From Azolla caroliniana (taxonomy: Eukaryota; Plantae; Polypodiophyta): 64,000 nt of DNA. Location of the stretch: contig JBHGNT010000016.1 in NCBI GenBank assembly GCA_043228905.1, positions 2,418,001 through 2,482,000 on the forward strand. The letters run 5' to 3'. Below, one piece after another: positions 1 to 13,800 of the stretch. The first letter of the stretch is position 1. Every line of letters starts with the position of its first letter. The translations under genes and the position numbers were made by a program. The notes below the pieces were generated by a model. The model was given only the letters and a program-made list of their open reading frames with translations. It had not been told where the DNA came from and made no database searches.

Positions 1-599
1 GCATTACATTTATGGCCTTCACCAAATTATATTTAGGGCCTAAAACGTAATCCCAATATCATATTTGCATCTTACCTAGCCTTATGCTCCATACTTCAAT
101 TTCTATGCCATCAGTAGCATTCAGAGCCAAAATCCATGCAACAAAAAGTTAATGGGTGGTTGTCCTAAAGTTTATTAGCTTTACCTTTCAACGGAATGGT
201 TTTCTTCGTCTTAAGTCAACCTTTTCTTATCCTAAAGTTTATTTTCCACTATTAGTTTATACATTCGGTGAGATATTCATTTTCTAGGGTCTTATAAGCG
301 ATGCCGCGAATAATTGTATACTTTACTACAGATGTATGCTTTTTAGAGGGATGGGCTAAAGTTTTCAAAATTTCTTGATTCGATAAGAACATTAGTTTTG
401 AGTATTTTTCCAACACAGTGGGTTAAGGATGATGTCAATGCTCCAAATAGTTTTGTTGTTCCTTTTGCAAGTTGCATATATACTTCTCGAGTCCTAAACC
501 TTATGAGTATTGGGAGTAGTACATTGTTAGTGCACGTTTCTTTTTTTGTTTTCGACACTTCTTTTCTACAGGACGATTGACCTCATTGTATAAACAACA

Positions 600-1900
600 T
601 CTTAAAAGCTTCATGCAGTAGGCTACTTTATTTTAAGATGTATCATTTAAGTTCTCCAATGACAAATGCTTCTTTCTAGTGTTTTGGATGCCTAGAGCTA
701 AATAAAGGGTATATGGTTCATGTTTAGATCTTTTGGTGGCACCTAGTAGGGAGCTTGTGAGGTGCAGAAGTCCACGTCTTCGAAGATGTGGGGGTCTTGG
801 AAGACGACATCAATTTGAGACATGCAAGTGATGATCTTAATGTATGTTCTCATACTCTATATGTAGGAGTCTATAAAGAGTATTAGTCTTTCGTTTTTCC
901 ATCCCAAAAGCCAAGAGCATCATCAATGTAGAGTTTGATGAATTGGATTTTGCTTCTTTCTTCATCATTCTCTAAAAAACATAAGAATAGGCATCCATAG
1001 ACTATGACAAAATAAAAACCCATTGTTGTTCCAGAGATTGTTGCAAAAACCCTCCATCGAACTCCAAGAAATGATGTGGGCATGCTTGGGCAAGGATCAT
1101 GATAAGTTGAGTTCATCAATTGAAGCGCGAGAAATCGTATTCCTCGAGGCATATAATCCTTTTGATGTGGGCATGCTTGGGCAAAGTGACTCAAAATTGA
1201 AGAGTGATGTGTCAATGGGTAGCCAAAGTTCTTTGAGGTCTTTAAGTAGGGAAAGCGAATCCTCAATATGTTGCTTTGGTTGCTGGAATAGAGGAAACAA
1301 CTTATGGTCAAGTATAAGATATGCCTATATTTGGCTCCACCACCCCTAAACCTTTAGGTGATTTTACCCTCAATCCACATGGGAAAATCCCTTGTTGTTT
1401 TTTTGAGTAATGTAACCAATGTCTTGTATTCCTCAAGAGATTTGATGAGATAGGCCTAAAACTATGATGCATCTCTATGTCTAGAAGGTCTAGTCTTGAA
1501 TAGAGACGTTCATATTCATCTCTATCTAGAAGGTCTAGTTTGGAAGGGGGTTTCTTGATAGTTTGTTGTGTGTTGGGCAACTTATAAGGTTGTGTTCTCT
1601 TGAATGTGTTTGTGAGCTTTGAGGATCCTTCATTAGCAAAAGTCATAGACTTTAGGGAATTCTTACGGTAGAGTGTCTCGTTGTGGTGCCGTTAATGTGG
1701 GTTGCCTCCGGAATCCACACACACTCTTCATCTTTTTGAGGTTCACTTATTGCATCATGGTAACAAGGGCTATTTTTATAGTGTCGTAGAACATTGGTCA
1801 TTTTATAGTTCAACTCTTGATGGCTCTTTTTGTAGATTTTTTAAACATTTGGCCAATGTTTGCAATGTAATTCATGGTCATGGTTGTTAGTCTTGGCCAT
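600..1900 (-). mobile_element. Degenerate Penelope-like (or other non-LTR) reverse transcriptase relic
   Basis: Broken minus-strand frames contain FRPISS, FESLCPSMP, GTTMG and KLYIDDALGFW, resembling the Penelope RT motifs RPIxS / DxxSLYxxIP / GxxMG / RYxDDxxxxW. Boundaries are approximate. Confidence 0.5.
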
Positions 1901-2889
1901 TTTTACTATTTTACCTAGAGTTTTGGATCATTTTCGTAAATTGACCTACAATTATACACTTTCATATATTTCCACCAATTTCACAATTGAACTAATAATA
2001 GCTCTTTCTTGAATTTGGACGAGTCTTACAAAAATGTTATGTTGAAACGTTTTGGGACATTTTTGCAATATGTTCTTTTGCCACCATTCTCACTTAGGCA
2101 CTTATTTCGCCATGATTCTCCACGTGTACCAAATGCACCATGACAATACCATCCTTGCCTCACGATCTCCCCTAACTCATCCACCTATCCACCCATCCTA
2201 TGGTATTTCATATGATATGTTGTTACGGATGCTAGATGTAGCCATCCTTTACAAGGTGAAGAGAGTAACTTGAACCTTCTCTACTAAAATGGCTATAAAT
2301 GATTGAAAAACGAGAAGTTGGGTGTAGTGCATTATTCATCCCATACAAAGGTTCTCCTAGCACATTAGAATTATATATTGGAGAGATCACAACCTTCTCC
2401 AAATTTATTCCTTGTTCTTATAAGACCTTTTGTCATTTTTTGTCGAGGTCCTCTCCAATTCATTTCACTCGTTTTTGTGATGCAAAAGATTATTTTCCCA
2501 CGTAGGGTTTATCACATCATAGGGAAAATGCTACAAGATTCCAATAAATATGCTATAAACCACAAGCTGCACATATCGCCCTTAAAAATATAATGTGAAC
2601 ATACGCGAATATAAGTTACAAATTGATAATACATAGTCTGATAATATATAGTCTGATAATACATAGTCGGTTCCATTATTGTACTAAAAAGGAAGACATG
2701 GGCCCACATGTGACAATCCTCTCGCCTAACACCACCAAAATTTCAATCCTGTCACAATTCACAAACACTAACCACACATTTGTCGGCACATAGCCAATTA
2801 AGGCACACTGGGGGATGGGAATCGAGTGCCAATTGACCACAATCAAGACACTCCCTTATTTCCACACATGTTCATGGTGATGTGTAAAT

Positions 2890-2932
<43 letters not shown>

Positions 2933-3262
2933 AAAAGAGAGTTTCGAGTTGGCGAGACCTTGTCTCGGCCTTCTCTCGTTTACTTCGTCAATCATGGGTT
3001 TGTTAGTGGAACGAGGAGTAAAATCAATTTACGGCCGCAGGTGAGTCCTTCCTTATTTACACACACATGACACATTTCCCCTGTTTCTTCTAAAGGAGAG
3101 AAATGGAGAAGAGATAAAAGAAGAAGAAGAAGAAGCAGCCCCATGGAAGGTGGATGGATGCTGGTGGGATATGGTTAAACAAAAAAAACACACACACTTA
3201 TTTTGCGTGTAACCCCCACCCCACCCTTTTCCTTCTTCTCCCTTTTTTGGGACTCTTGTGGT

Positions 3263-3298
<36 letters not shown>

Positions 3299-3846
3299 TC
3301 AACTCATTCAACTCACTCACTCATTCACTATGGCTATGGCTATGGCTATCACAGCTATTACACCTCCCCCCCCCCCCCCCCCCCCCCCCTAACCCTTTCC
3401 TTTTTCTCTGAAACAGGCAGGAACCACCATACATATATATATTGTATATATATATATATACACATGTAATGGCACACATATATGTTAATTAATGTATATA
3501 TTATGTCTGCTGTCTTTCTCTTCTGCCCCCTGGGCCCTGCCTACCACCAGAGTATTGTTATTGATAAGTATCAATCCAATGCGGCAATGGTGTGGGGATG
3601 ATGATTAGCATCAGTCAATCATCCAGCCTGCCTTTTTCTGGGAGATGCCTCCTTCCACCCCCCCCCCCCCCCCCCCAAAAAAAAAGATGCTCCACTGCAC
3701 ATTATCCATTTTGATTATTATGTGTGACCCTGCTGTGTTAGTTAATTAATTCACAGCTTGAAATTACAACACACACATGTGCTGCTGCTGCTGCTGCTGC
3801 TGCTCTGTTCTTCTATTTCTTCTATAGCCCTCACTCAGTACTCATC

Positions 3847-6800
3847 ATGCCCCCCACCAGCCAGCACTACTACTTCATTCACATGTATAACATCCCCATG
3901 CCTCTGATGATGATGATGATCACAACTGTTACCTTCATCATCATCCTCATTATGGACACTTCCATCCCTAATGGTGGTCCGGCCGCAGCAGCAGCATCAA
4001 TTGCCGACGATGATGGCGGTGCTGCTGAAGCAGCTCTCTTGCTGTCTTTCAGAGATGCTGTATCCGCCGTGGAAGAAGACCCCCAGCAGGAATGCCTGCA
4101 AAACTGGCCGGCAACAACAGCAGGTAATGCAAGCAATAACATCAGCCACAGCCTGGCCCCCGATTATTATTGTGACTGGAATGGCGTGGTCTGCAGCAGC
4201 TCCGACCGCGATAGCGATGAAGATCAAGTTCGTGTTGTAGTTGCTCTCAATTTCTCCTACTGTTATCTCGAGCAGAACACTACACAAGAGCTAGCTTTTG
4301 CCCCTCTCTGTGCTCTTCCCAATCTCACAACAATTGACCTCACCTACAACAACTTCTACGGCCCCTTTCCCCAAACACTTCTCAACTGCAGCAAGCTGCA
4401 GTATCTGAGCCTCTCCGCAAATCTTTTAGTCGGGGATCTTCCCAATACAATCCATCGCCTTGCAGAGCTTCAATTCTTGAATCTCTCCTACAACAACTTC
4501 TCAGGCTCCATCCCACCTTCCTTCGGCCACCTCTCCAAGCTTATTCACTTGGATCTACATGCCAACTTGCTCAATGGCTCGATTGCAGATATCTCCAACC
4601 TTACCAAGCTCGAGGTCTTAGCATTTGCATACAACCCCTTCCTTCCGCAAAGATTGCCAGAGCTGGGCAACCTCACACATCTCACCACACTCTGGTTGAC
4701 GAACTGCAACTTCGTAGACTCCATACCTAGCAGCCTTGGTAACCTTCGCATGCTCACTGATCTTGATCTGTCTAAGAATTTCCTCACAGGAAGCATTCCT
4801 GGGGCCATCTTCTCCACCCTGGGTAGTCTACAACAGCTGTTGCTTTATAAGAACCAGCTTGAAGGTCCCATCCCTGCAGAAATCGGCAACCTCACCCGAT
4901 TGCGTCAATTAGACATTGCCACAAACAAATTCTCAGGAGAGCTGCCATCCACCATTTCCCTACTTCAGCAGCTCACCGTATTCCATGCCTATGAAAACCT
5001 TCTCTCTGGTCCCTTTCCAATCGGTCTTTCAACTTTCCAGTTTCTCACAGACGTTGCCATATTCAGCAACAATTTTACAGGAACATTACCTCAGGATCTG
5101 GGTCTTGCTTCTGAGACTGGGTTTGTGGTTTTTGACATCTCCAACAATGGGTTCACAGGGCCCCTACCACCTCATCTGTGCAAAGGGGCAGCTTTGCTAA
5201 CCCTAGCAGCTCTAAACAATGACTTGGTAGGGGAAATTCCATCAGAGTACGGGGATTGCTCAAGCATTCAGCGCCTGAGGCTTGAGAATAATCGCATCTC
5301 TGGTGATGTGCCTTTGGGTTTGTGGGCTGCACCGGCTCTATTCATCCTGCAACTGGATGGAAACGAGCTCAAGGGCACCATAGCTCCCAACATCGCAAAT
5401 GCACGTAACCTCTCCATTCTCCGGCTAGACAACAACCAGTTCTATGGAAGCCTCCCCGCAGAGTTGGGAAGTGTATGGAACCTCACTGTCCTATCCGTCT
5501 CTCACAACAACTTCTCGCATGCCATACCCTCACAGATCGGTAAGCTACAAAGCCTCTCTGAACTCCACCTTCAGTATAATGCTTTCTCTGGGGATATCCC
5601 TTCCTCTTTGGGTTCTTGCTCTGGCTTGGGTGTTCTGGATCTGTCGAACAACATGCTGTCAGGTTCCATCCCTGTTTCACTTGCAGGTTTATCGGCTATC
5701 AATTCATTGGATTTATCCCACAACCAGCTCACGGGAGGCATTCCTGAGGTGCTCTCCGAGCTCAAGCTCACAAACCTCAACCTCTCCTACAACCTTCTCT
5801 CAGGTCTGGTACCCTCTGCATTCCTTCACAGTGCTTTTGATGACAGTTTCGAGGGTAATGCTGATTTGTGCGGTGACCATCTTGTTGGCATACGACCGTG
5901 TACCAAATTGGATTCTGAGAATGGAACCAAAGCTTCCAAGTTTCTCCTGCATATTTGGCTGGCAGGCATCTTTGGAGCGGCATTCATTCTACTTGTATTG
6001 GGATTTGTGTGCCTCTATATACTGCCTCGGCCTAACATGAAGGCTAGTGGACAAGGGGGGTTAAGTTGGTATATGGCCAGAAAGAGCAGCAGCAGAAGCT
6101 ATACTGATTCATGGGAACTCCAGGGAAGTAAGTCAACCAGAAGAATAGATCATCCATGGACACTAACCTCCTTCCACAGGGTACAATTTAGTGAGCATGA
6201 CATCATGAACAATCTGGAGAAAGGAAGTGTGATTGGCAGTGGGAGGGCCGGTAGAGTGTATAAGGTTGTGCTGGGGAATGGTCAGACTGTAGCCGTGAAG
6301 ATGATTCAGTTAAAGAACACGACCAGCAGCTATATGGGCATGAACAACAACGATGAATATCAGATAGAGGACAAGGGATTTAGGGTAGAGGTGGCAACAC
6401 TAGGAAAAATTCGGCACAGGAACATTGTAAAGTTATTGTGCTGCTGCAGTAACAAGGACACCAAGCTCTTGGTGTATGAATACATGCCCAATGGCAGTCT
6501 GGGAGACCTCTTGCACCAACAGTCAACAAGCTCCTCTCTAACAAAAAGTTTGCCGTGCAACCAGCAAATACATGCCCATGATCCGGAGACTAATGTGCAC
6601 GATAAGCATAGCACAAACTTCCTCTTAGATTGGCCCAAGCGCTACAAGATTGCCATGGGTGCAGCACAGGGCCTGGCCTATCTGCATCTTGATTGCTCAC
6701 CTCCCATTGTTCATAGGGACATAAAATCTAGTAACATTCTGCTTGATGCCGACTTTAATGCGTACGTTGCAGACTTTGGAGTAGCCAAACTGATGCAGCA

Positions 6801-7466
6801 CCAGCACTCTAATCAAACTTTATACCCGCCCAATGGTGATCCACACATGATAGCTGCTGGATCAGCTGACAATGGCACTTGTTCTTATGTACTCACATCT
6901 AGAGTTGCTGGTTCTTATGGCTACATTGCACCAGGTAATGATCATTAGCTTAATTTTTAAATATGGAATGCCTTGTAGGTTGAATTGTCAGATTTTTAGT
7001 TTTAATTTGGGAGGTGTTTGCAGAGCATGCTTACACATCCAAGGTTACAGAAAAGAGTGATATCTACAGCTTTGGTGTGGTGTTGCTGGAGCTGGTGACA
7101 GGGAAGAAAGCAATCGTGCAGCAGCCTGGTGGGAATTGTATGGACATAGTAAGATGGACATACAACAGGTTAACTATGACCAAGGGCGACGATGATGCTG
7201 AGAATAATGATGGAAGTAACCAGAATCACCAGTTACAAGCAGACATACATATGCGAGTCTTAGACCCTGGGCTGGCTAATTGCAAGTGCTGGCATGAAAG
7301 CATGGCCAAAGTTCTGCGTATAGCCATGCTCTGTACAAGCTCATTGCCCATGCAGAGACCCTCCATGAGAGACGTCGTTCACATGCTCAAAGATGCAGAT
7401 CCAGGCACTTATATGCAAATGCTCGCATCAAAATCTACTAATTATCAAAAACAGCAAATTATTTGA
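3847..7466 (+). CDS. LRR receptor-like Ser/Thr kinase, HAESA/HSL-like (LRR-XI); exons 3847-6934 and 7024-7466
   Basis: About 20 plant LRRs (LxLxxNxLxGxIP), N-cap CDWNGVVC, C-cap GNADLCG, TM segment, WTLTSFHRVQF juxtamembrane, kinase motifs GSGRAGRVYK, VAVK, HRDIKSSN, DFG, GSYGYIAP|E. The GT-AG intron 6935-7023 lies at the conserved position. Confidence 0.93.
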
Positions 7467-7672
7467 TAAGCATATACTTGTACATGTATATCTGGACGTT
7501 GCAAGTTCATTGCCCATTCAGAGGAACTCCATGACATAGGTTATTCACATGCTCAAAGATGCAGATCTCACCTCTTCTATGCAAATGGTTGCATCGAAAT
7601 CTACCACTAATTATGACAAGCAGCAAGCTACTTGATAAGCATCTACTTATACTCATGTATCTGGAAGTTGCC
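7376..7672 (+). repeat. Imperfect tandem duplication of the RLK last codons and 3' UTR
   Basis: ttcacatgctcaaagatgcagatc...tgataagcat...gttgc occurs at about 7378-7502 and again at about 7545-7671. Confidence 0.75.
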
Positions 7673-8099
7673 AAAGGCAACGCAGTATAGAATCCAGATC
7701 TCCATCAAAAATATGTCAACTCTTTAACATTGTGAATAGTATAAAATACTTAAACTTTTCTAGCAACATGGAAGCTCAGAAACGTTTTTCTTTGTCACGG
7801 TCCAAATGATCATCAATGTCAGGAGCATTGATTCACAAAGTCATCCCCGGATGCATGAGACACATTTCCAACAAACCCATACTCAACAACACTACTTCTC
7901 GCTAGGTATGTTACATTAGTTTGCAAAACAACTATCATATTTTTCTTGTATTTCAAGCCAGCTACTATTTTGCAGACATGAGCATTATGTTCAGCAAACC
8001 TGTATTCCCAGGCTCACATATTAGGTCCTGTAAATCCATATCCCTGAAATGGTTGTTCATAGTGATCAAATTTGGATCTATGCCAAAAATTGTCCATCA

Positions 8100-9900
8100 A
8101 CTTTGGCACCTATAAAATAAAGTACAATGTGGTCAAACTTTAGCGCCTCATGAAGTTATCAAACACATTCTGAGCTTAGGCCAGAATGTCACAAATAAGG
8201 CACTGGCAATGACCATTTTTTTCCAGGACTCCCTGGTGATTGCAGCATGAATTTCTTGTCCGTAAGTGAAGCACCAAATCAACTGCAATCTTTAAAGCAG
8301 GAAGCGCATGTGATAAAATCCAGAAAGGCATAATCACATTGAATTTATTCAAAGCAATCTAATGTTCCTGAGGAGTATCATGCCTGATATATCCCACGAT
8401 TAGTGCATTCCATGATACTGTATTTGGAGACAAAAAGCTGTCAAAAACCTCTTGCATTCTTGTTAGGAAACTGAAATTCCCAGGCATATTTATTTAATCA
8501 TTACCTGAGAACGATTCAATCATCCATATGTTGCTCTTTGATTGCAGAATGTATTTTTTCAGCTTTTCTTGATACCAAACGCTTTCAAGCTACTAAGGAA
8601 TGTGATGTTATTGGGTAAGAAATGTTATAATCTTTCATAGCCCTTCAATGCTTCCTTACCATCATGTTTGGCGTATTCTGTAATGAGGACATTCCAGGAG
8701 ATTAAATAGCCTTGGAAGGAAATCATACACGCCATGGGTCTCCATGAAGAAGCCATTATTGACTTACATACCAACTATGGTACTTTGAACAAAGAAATTT
8801 CTTTCATCATCTTCTGCTGCGATTGTAGCATGTAATTGTTGTCCATTAATTCTGGCTCTTATGCAGCTACGTGCTGGTAAGCTACAGAAAAATTGATAAG
8901 TATTGGGAGAGAGGCCAGCAAGCTGCATTACCGTGAACGGTTGATTGACTGCTTCCACACGCATGTTTAGAATAACCTCCAATCAGTGAAGTTCACGAAA
9001 ATATGTCATAAAGCCATGAGATTTTGAAATGCATTTCATGACGAGACCCAAATTAATATACATGTGCACTACCGGCATAAAGGATCCTATTCAACAAATA
9101 TACTCGTGGAAAAGATGTGCACTGCTTGTCTCCTTTTCTAGATCTTTGCAAGATCCGGATTACATTTTGATGAGAAGAAGACACTTGCCCGTGCAAGCTC
9201 CTTTTCTAAGCTTGGCATGATGCTGCATTTTCCCTGCATGTAGAAATGAAGTAACATATACATAATCGCAATCTCCACACATACTACACAACATACAGTA
9301 TTTAGGTGCTCTGTTTCCTTCCTTACTGCTAGGGAGACCACATTTCTGTTCTATAAACCAGGTGAAAAATGCTCCAACGCTGTGATGATACAGAGACCCA
9401 CATCGCAAAAATTCTTGTGCTATCGACACACAATGGCCAATGATTGCTGCTGTCGATTCTTGTCGACGCTCAGCACATACACAATTTCAGGGTTCAATTG
9501 CCCTCGGAATGAATGCTTCGTTTGTTCATGTTAATTGGAACATTTAAAGAAATACTGATAGACATGGAAACACTATCTAAGAAAATTAGGAAAGATTTGG
9601 TCGCCACCACAGAAATGACCATCCATTTGTTTACCCAAGCAAGCTCGCCAATAATGATACTAGGGAGAGTTCCCACTCTTTTCTGATGTTTGTGATGATC
9701 TTGGCATATTGAGGATTCTTCGCTTATAAATATAGAGAGGCATTATAATGACAATGTAATCTTGCTCCATTGCATTTTGCATTTGAAATCTTGACAGTAA
9801 TGTGGGGTTTGAAGCGGAAGCTAAGCACCTATAACAATTCGAGTGTGTGAAATGCACCTATAATAGCAAGGAAAATGTGTGAAACCTCACATGGGAGGAT
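8100..9900 (-). pseudogene. Degenerate PLS-class PPR gene
   Basis: Fragments such as ISWNVLITEYAKH, PNNITFLSSLKA, MQLAGLSPN..GQQLHATI..FVQSTIVGM and GQEIHAAI, with many stops and frameshifts. Limits are approximate. Confidence 0.55.
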
Positions 9901-10019
9901 TCACATCTGTAAATGAAACAATTGAATGAAATCCGAGTACAGTTATAAATGTTCAAGAAACTCACATTCTAATCTTGCGTCATCAAGAATAAATACTTTG
10001 GGCAGCTCATGAATAGAAT

Positions 10020-10290
10020 CAAAAGTACTCGTGGACATAACATATCAATAATTCACCAAAATCAACGTGCTATAAAGGCTTACTGAAACACAACATTTCT
10101 CTTGGATAGAAATTTAACCATAAAATCAAAAGTTCTTGTGGCCATAACATATAATTCACCAAAATCAACGTGCTATAATGGCTTACTGAAACACAACATT
10201 TCTCTTGGATATATATTGAACCATAAAATCAAAAGTTCTTGTGGCCATAACATATCAGTAATTCAGCATAAATCAACACGCTATAAACAT
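10020..10290. repeat. About 110-bp tandem repeat, about 2.5 copies
   Basis: aatcaaaagttcttgtggccataacatat...aaatcaacgtgctata recurs near 10017, 10124 and 10227. Confidence 0.7.
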
Positions 10291-10884
10291 TACTCAAACA
10301 CCAAGATTTAACATTGGAGATTGGAAGAAACCTACATCATAGACAACTCTTCGTTCCAACTACTGAAAGAGCAACATGTCACAAGAGTATATTCTCGTTC
10401 TTCTAAGACATCCTCTTATTGCAAAACAATGATCTAATTACACCTTCATAACAGCTATATTTGGTTGAACCTTCTCATTTTCAAACAATGATCTTAAATG
10501 ATCAGTAGTTATCTTTGGAAATATCCATTCTCCAATTCTAGATAAAAGCATCATGAATCCTGTCCATGTTGTACATAGTTTCATTCATGTTAAACATGCT
10601 TTATTACTGCCTCTTGCACATGATGCAGACATGCTTTTTCTCGATTGATAGAGAATGATAGTCCCCCATACTTTACAGACTTGGTGTGAACACACCTTGG
10701 TGGCCTTTAATGTGTGCTTGTTTATCCTGAATGGAAAGTATATCCATTTCTTTCCTGTAACAATTCGGGTTCACAATTTGTCCTATCAATAATGTGACGG
10801 CCAAGATATATATCTTTTCACAGACGTTGGGCAAATCAAATCAACAATTGAAGTCCACTAGCCGATGAAGGATATTGTAAGAAC

Positions 10885-13800
10885 TTATTTTTTTAATGCC
10901 TCATAAGCTGCATTGACTTCCCGAAACTTCGCCTCAGCAAAATCTGATGACACCAATAGAAAACAGTTGTCTTTATGGATATATACAAATATAAGTGGCA
11001 AATTTCATATTTCATATCTCCAGTTCTAAGCAGTGCTCACACATAAATTTGGGTCAAGTTGTCACTCTTTAATGCACAAGAGACTTCACCTCAACAAAAT
11101 CGTATGACATTCGAGAGAAAACAGTTGTCTTTATGAATATATACAAATATAAATGGCAAATTTCTTATTTCATATCTCCGGTTCTAAGCACCAGACACCA
11201 ATTTGGGTCAAGTTGTCACTCTCTAATGCAATAAAGACTCCTGTAACCGGGCAATAATGCTAGATAGTGGAGTACAAACATGAACTAGGAAAACTATAAT
11301 ACATTCGTAGTCTCTCCAGCACCACATCTCCATGCTCAATTGTTTTAAACCACAAGTACAAAGTTTACCCATGGCTTAATTGATTAAAAGTTGTAGCTAT
11401 TCATCCCTCCAGCTCTTCTATTTAAAATCACTTACAAGCTTCTGTTGTCCACTCAATCTAAAACACTACATCTAGGTTTGCTAGATTCCATCATGACTAC
11501 ATATTTATAATCTAAAACTTCTTGCATGTTTGAATGCCCTCTCACTGATTTCCATTATATGTTTCCTTTCTCAAATGTCAGTCTACCATGTCCAGGCAAC
11601 AGTACTTAACAATGGACCTGCTCCTATTCGGACATATTGATTTTGACGAAGATGCATATTCCAGTGAATCATCATCAACTGTATCTCATACAGCTAATAA
11701 ATATTGTGAAGGTCAAACGTAGAACAAATAAATAACTGAATGTTTGTATAAGAGAAAGCACAGAAGAAGGGAGTGGGGGGCGGGATGGGGAGTGAGTGTA
11801 CACCTTTTCTATGTTGATTTCGATCAGGATGATATTCCATCGCCTTCGCTCGATACGCAGCCTACATTAGAATAAATAAGTCTTATTTTAAAGAAACAGT
11901 CAACTTCTTTAGGGCTATTATTGCTATTCTTCATTGAAATCCAAAGATACAAATTCTTGCTATTCTTCATTGAGTAAGAGAATAATATTTCTAAACTTGA
12001 AAAACAAGCTGCCTTGAAACTTGTTAATCTTAGAAACATAGGATTTAGCCAAAAGCAACGAAAACTCATAATGGACACCAATCATACTCACGTCAAGATA
12101 CGCCCAATTCTTGTAAAGAGATTACTTTGTGAAATCCTGTATGGGCCTAGATTGGGGATTCAGTGCTTGCTTGGGTGAAGCTTAAACGTCATGTTGACTC
12201 TGCAATATAGTTTGCTTCAAATCCACAATTAGGATGTAGAACGTTTGGTCCAGAAATGTTAGTGCGAGCTGTATTTTCTTTCTTCTCACTATGTTTCTTG
12301 ACCCACAAGACTCCCTGATTGTTTCCTTCCTTAAATAAGACTTAGTTCCCTACTGTCAACTTGAACATGGGCATTTGACGTAATAAACAACCAAAAACAT
12401 GAGGAAATTGGTGAAATTAATGAAAACTCAAAGGATGTTTTTGAGTTTTCCTCTAATAATATGAGTAAACATACTTTCTACCCAAAGAAATGCTCTTATG
12501 CAACATGGCCATTATCTATCTGGTGGTTGATTTCCCTTTTGTGAATTCTGCATCAACACGCATTCAAAAGTGGGAAGAAATAATGCAGCAAAAATGCATG
12601 GGTCTCCATCCACCTTTCTTTCTCTATGCTAAAGAATTTCACTTTCCGCATCTCTCACCCAAGTTCCCAACTAAGGACTTCCATCTGTCATCAACCATCA
12701 CTTTCTTGAATTACATCAGCCTACTCTCTCTAGAATTGCATCCGCCAACTCTCTAGGCATCAAGTTATTAGTATTCAAGCTCTTAGTCTTTAGGTTTAGG
12801 GATCATGTTATGATGTCTTGTACGGTACTGGATGATGATTAATTTACATTTACAACAATGGCCTTTTCAAGGATCATGTTATTTGAGTAATTTATCACTA
12901 ATTGATCAGGGGATGGAATGCAGAGAGTAAAACACCTGAAATGGGCTCCTATCAAGTTACTAATGGCTATGACTTATCCTTGGTTATCATTTTTTCATGG
13001 TTATGACCTAAGCTACATTACAAACCGGGTAAATTCCCTAATGACAATAGGTTATTGCAGTAAAACGTGAACAAACCTGAATGCAGTTCCAGACTCCCTC
13101 TCTTTATTTTTTGCATCCATAATATTGCATGGTCTTGTATCCTTTATTTAAGTGGGAAATATGAAATGTAATTTCTTATGTTTCAAAATGCTATTGTATG
13201 AGCCCTTTATAGAAGTTGCACGCCTATCATCAATCCCAAAATATAGCTTCATGAACAGTTTTCTTTGGACAAGTTGTTACTGTTTTAAATTTTCTGCCCC
13301 TCTGAATGAGGAGCCAACAGAATCTTATTCTTTTCAGAATAAATAACAATAACAGAAGCAAACAATAAGAGAGAAAAAATCATATCACAGCTTCAAATTT
13401 GTTGTAATTAGATGACTGGAAATAAGAGGAAGGAATATACTACATACCTTTATGTCAGCCTGTGAATATGTACCAGCTTTTGACCTGCAGACTTTCTTTC
13501 AGAAGTAAATTTACAAATTGCCATTCATTGAGAAATAAATGAACAATTTGAGCTATTTATTGAGGAAGGAGAAAGGGTACTGAATTAACTCGTCAAGACC
13601 CAAGGTTCTATGATGTTGAACAAAAGGAGACGTCGAATAACCCTGAAAGGTCTGTGATCTGCTACGCTCAGCATTCTTCCATGCATCCCAGTCAGATTTG
13701 GACCATGACCAGTCCTCTCTGACACCTTGCCTGGGACCTGTTCTCTCATCCCCACCTTGTTGCCATTTTTCATAGCTTCGTGCATAATGTGCTCTCTCTC

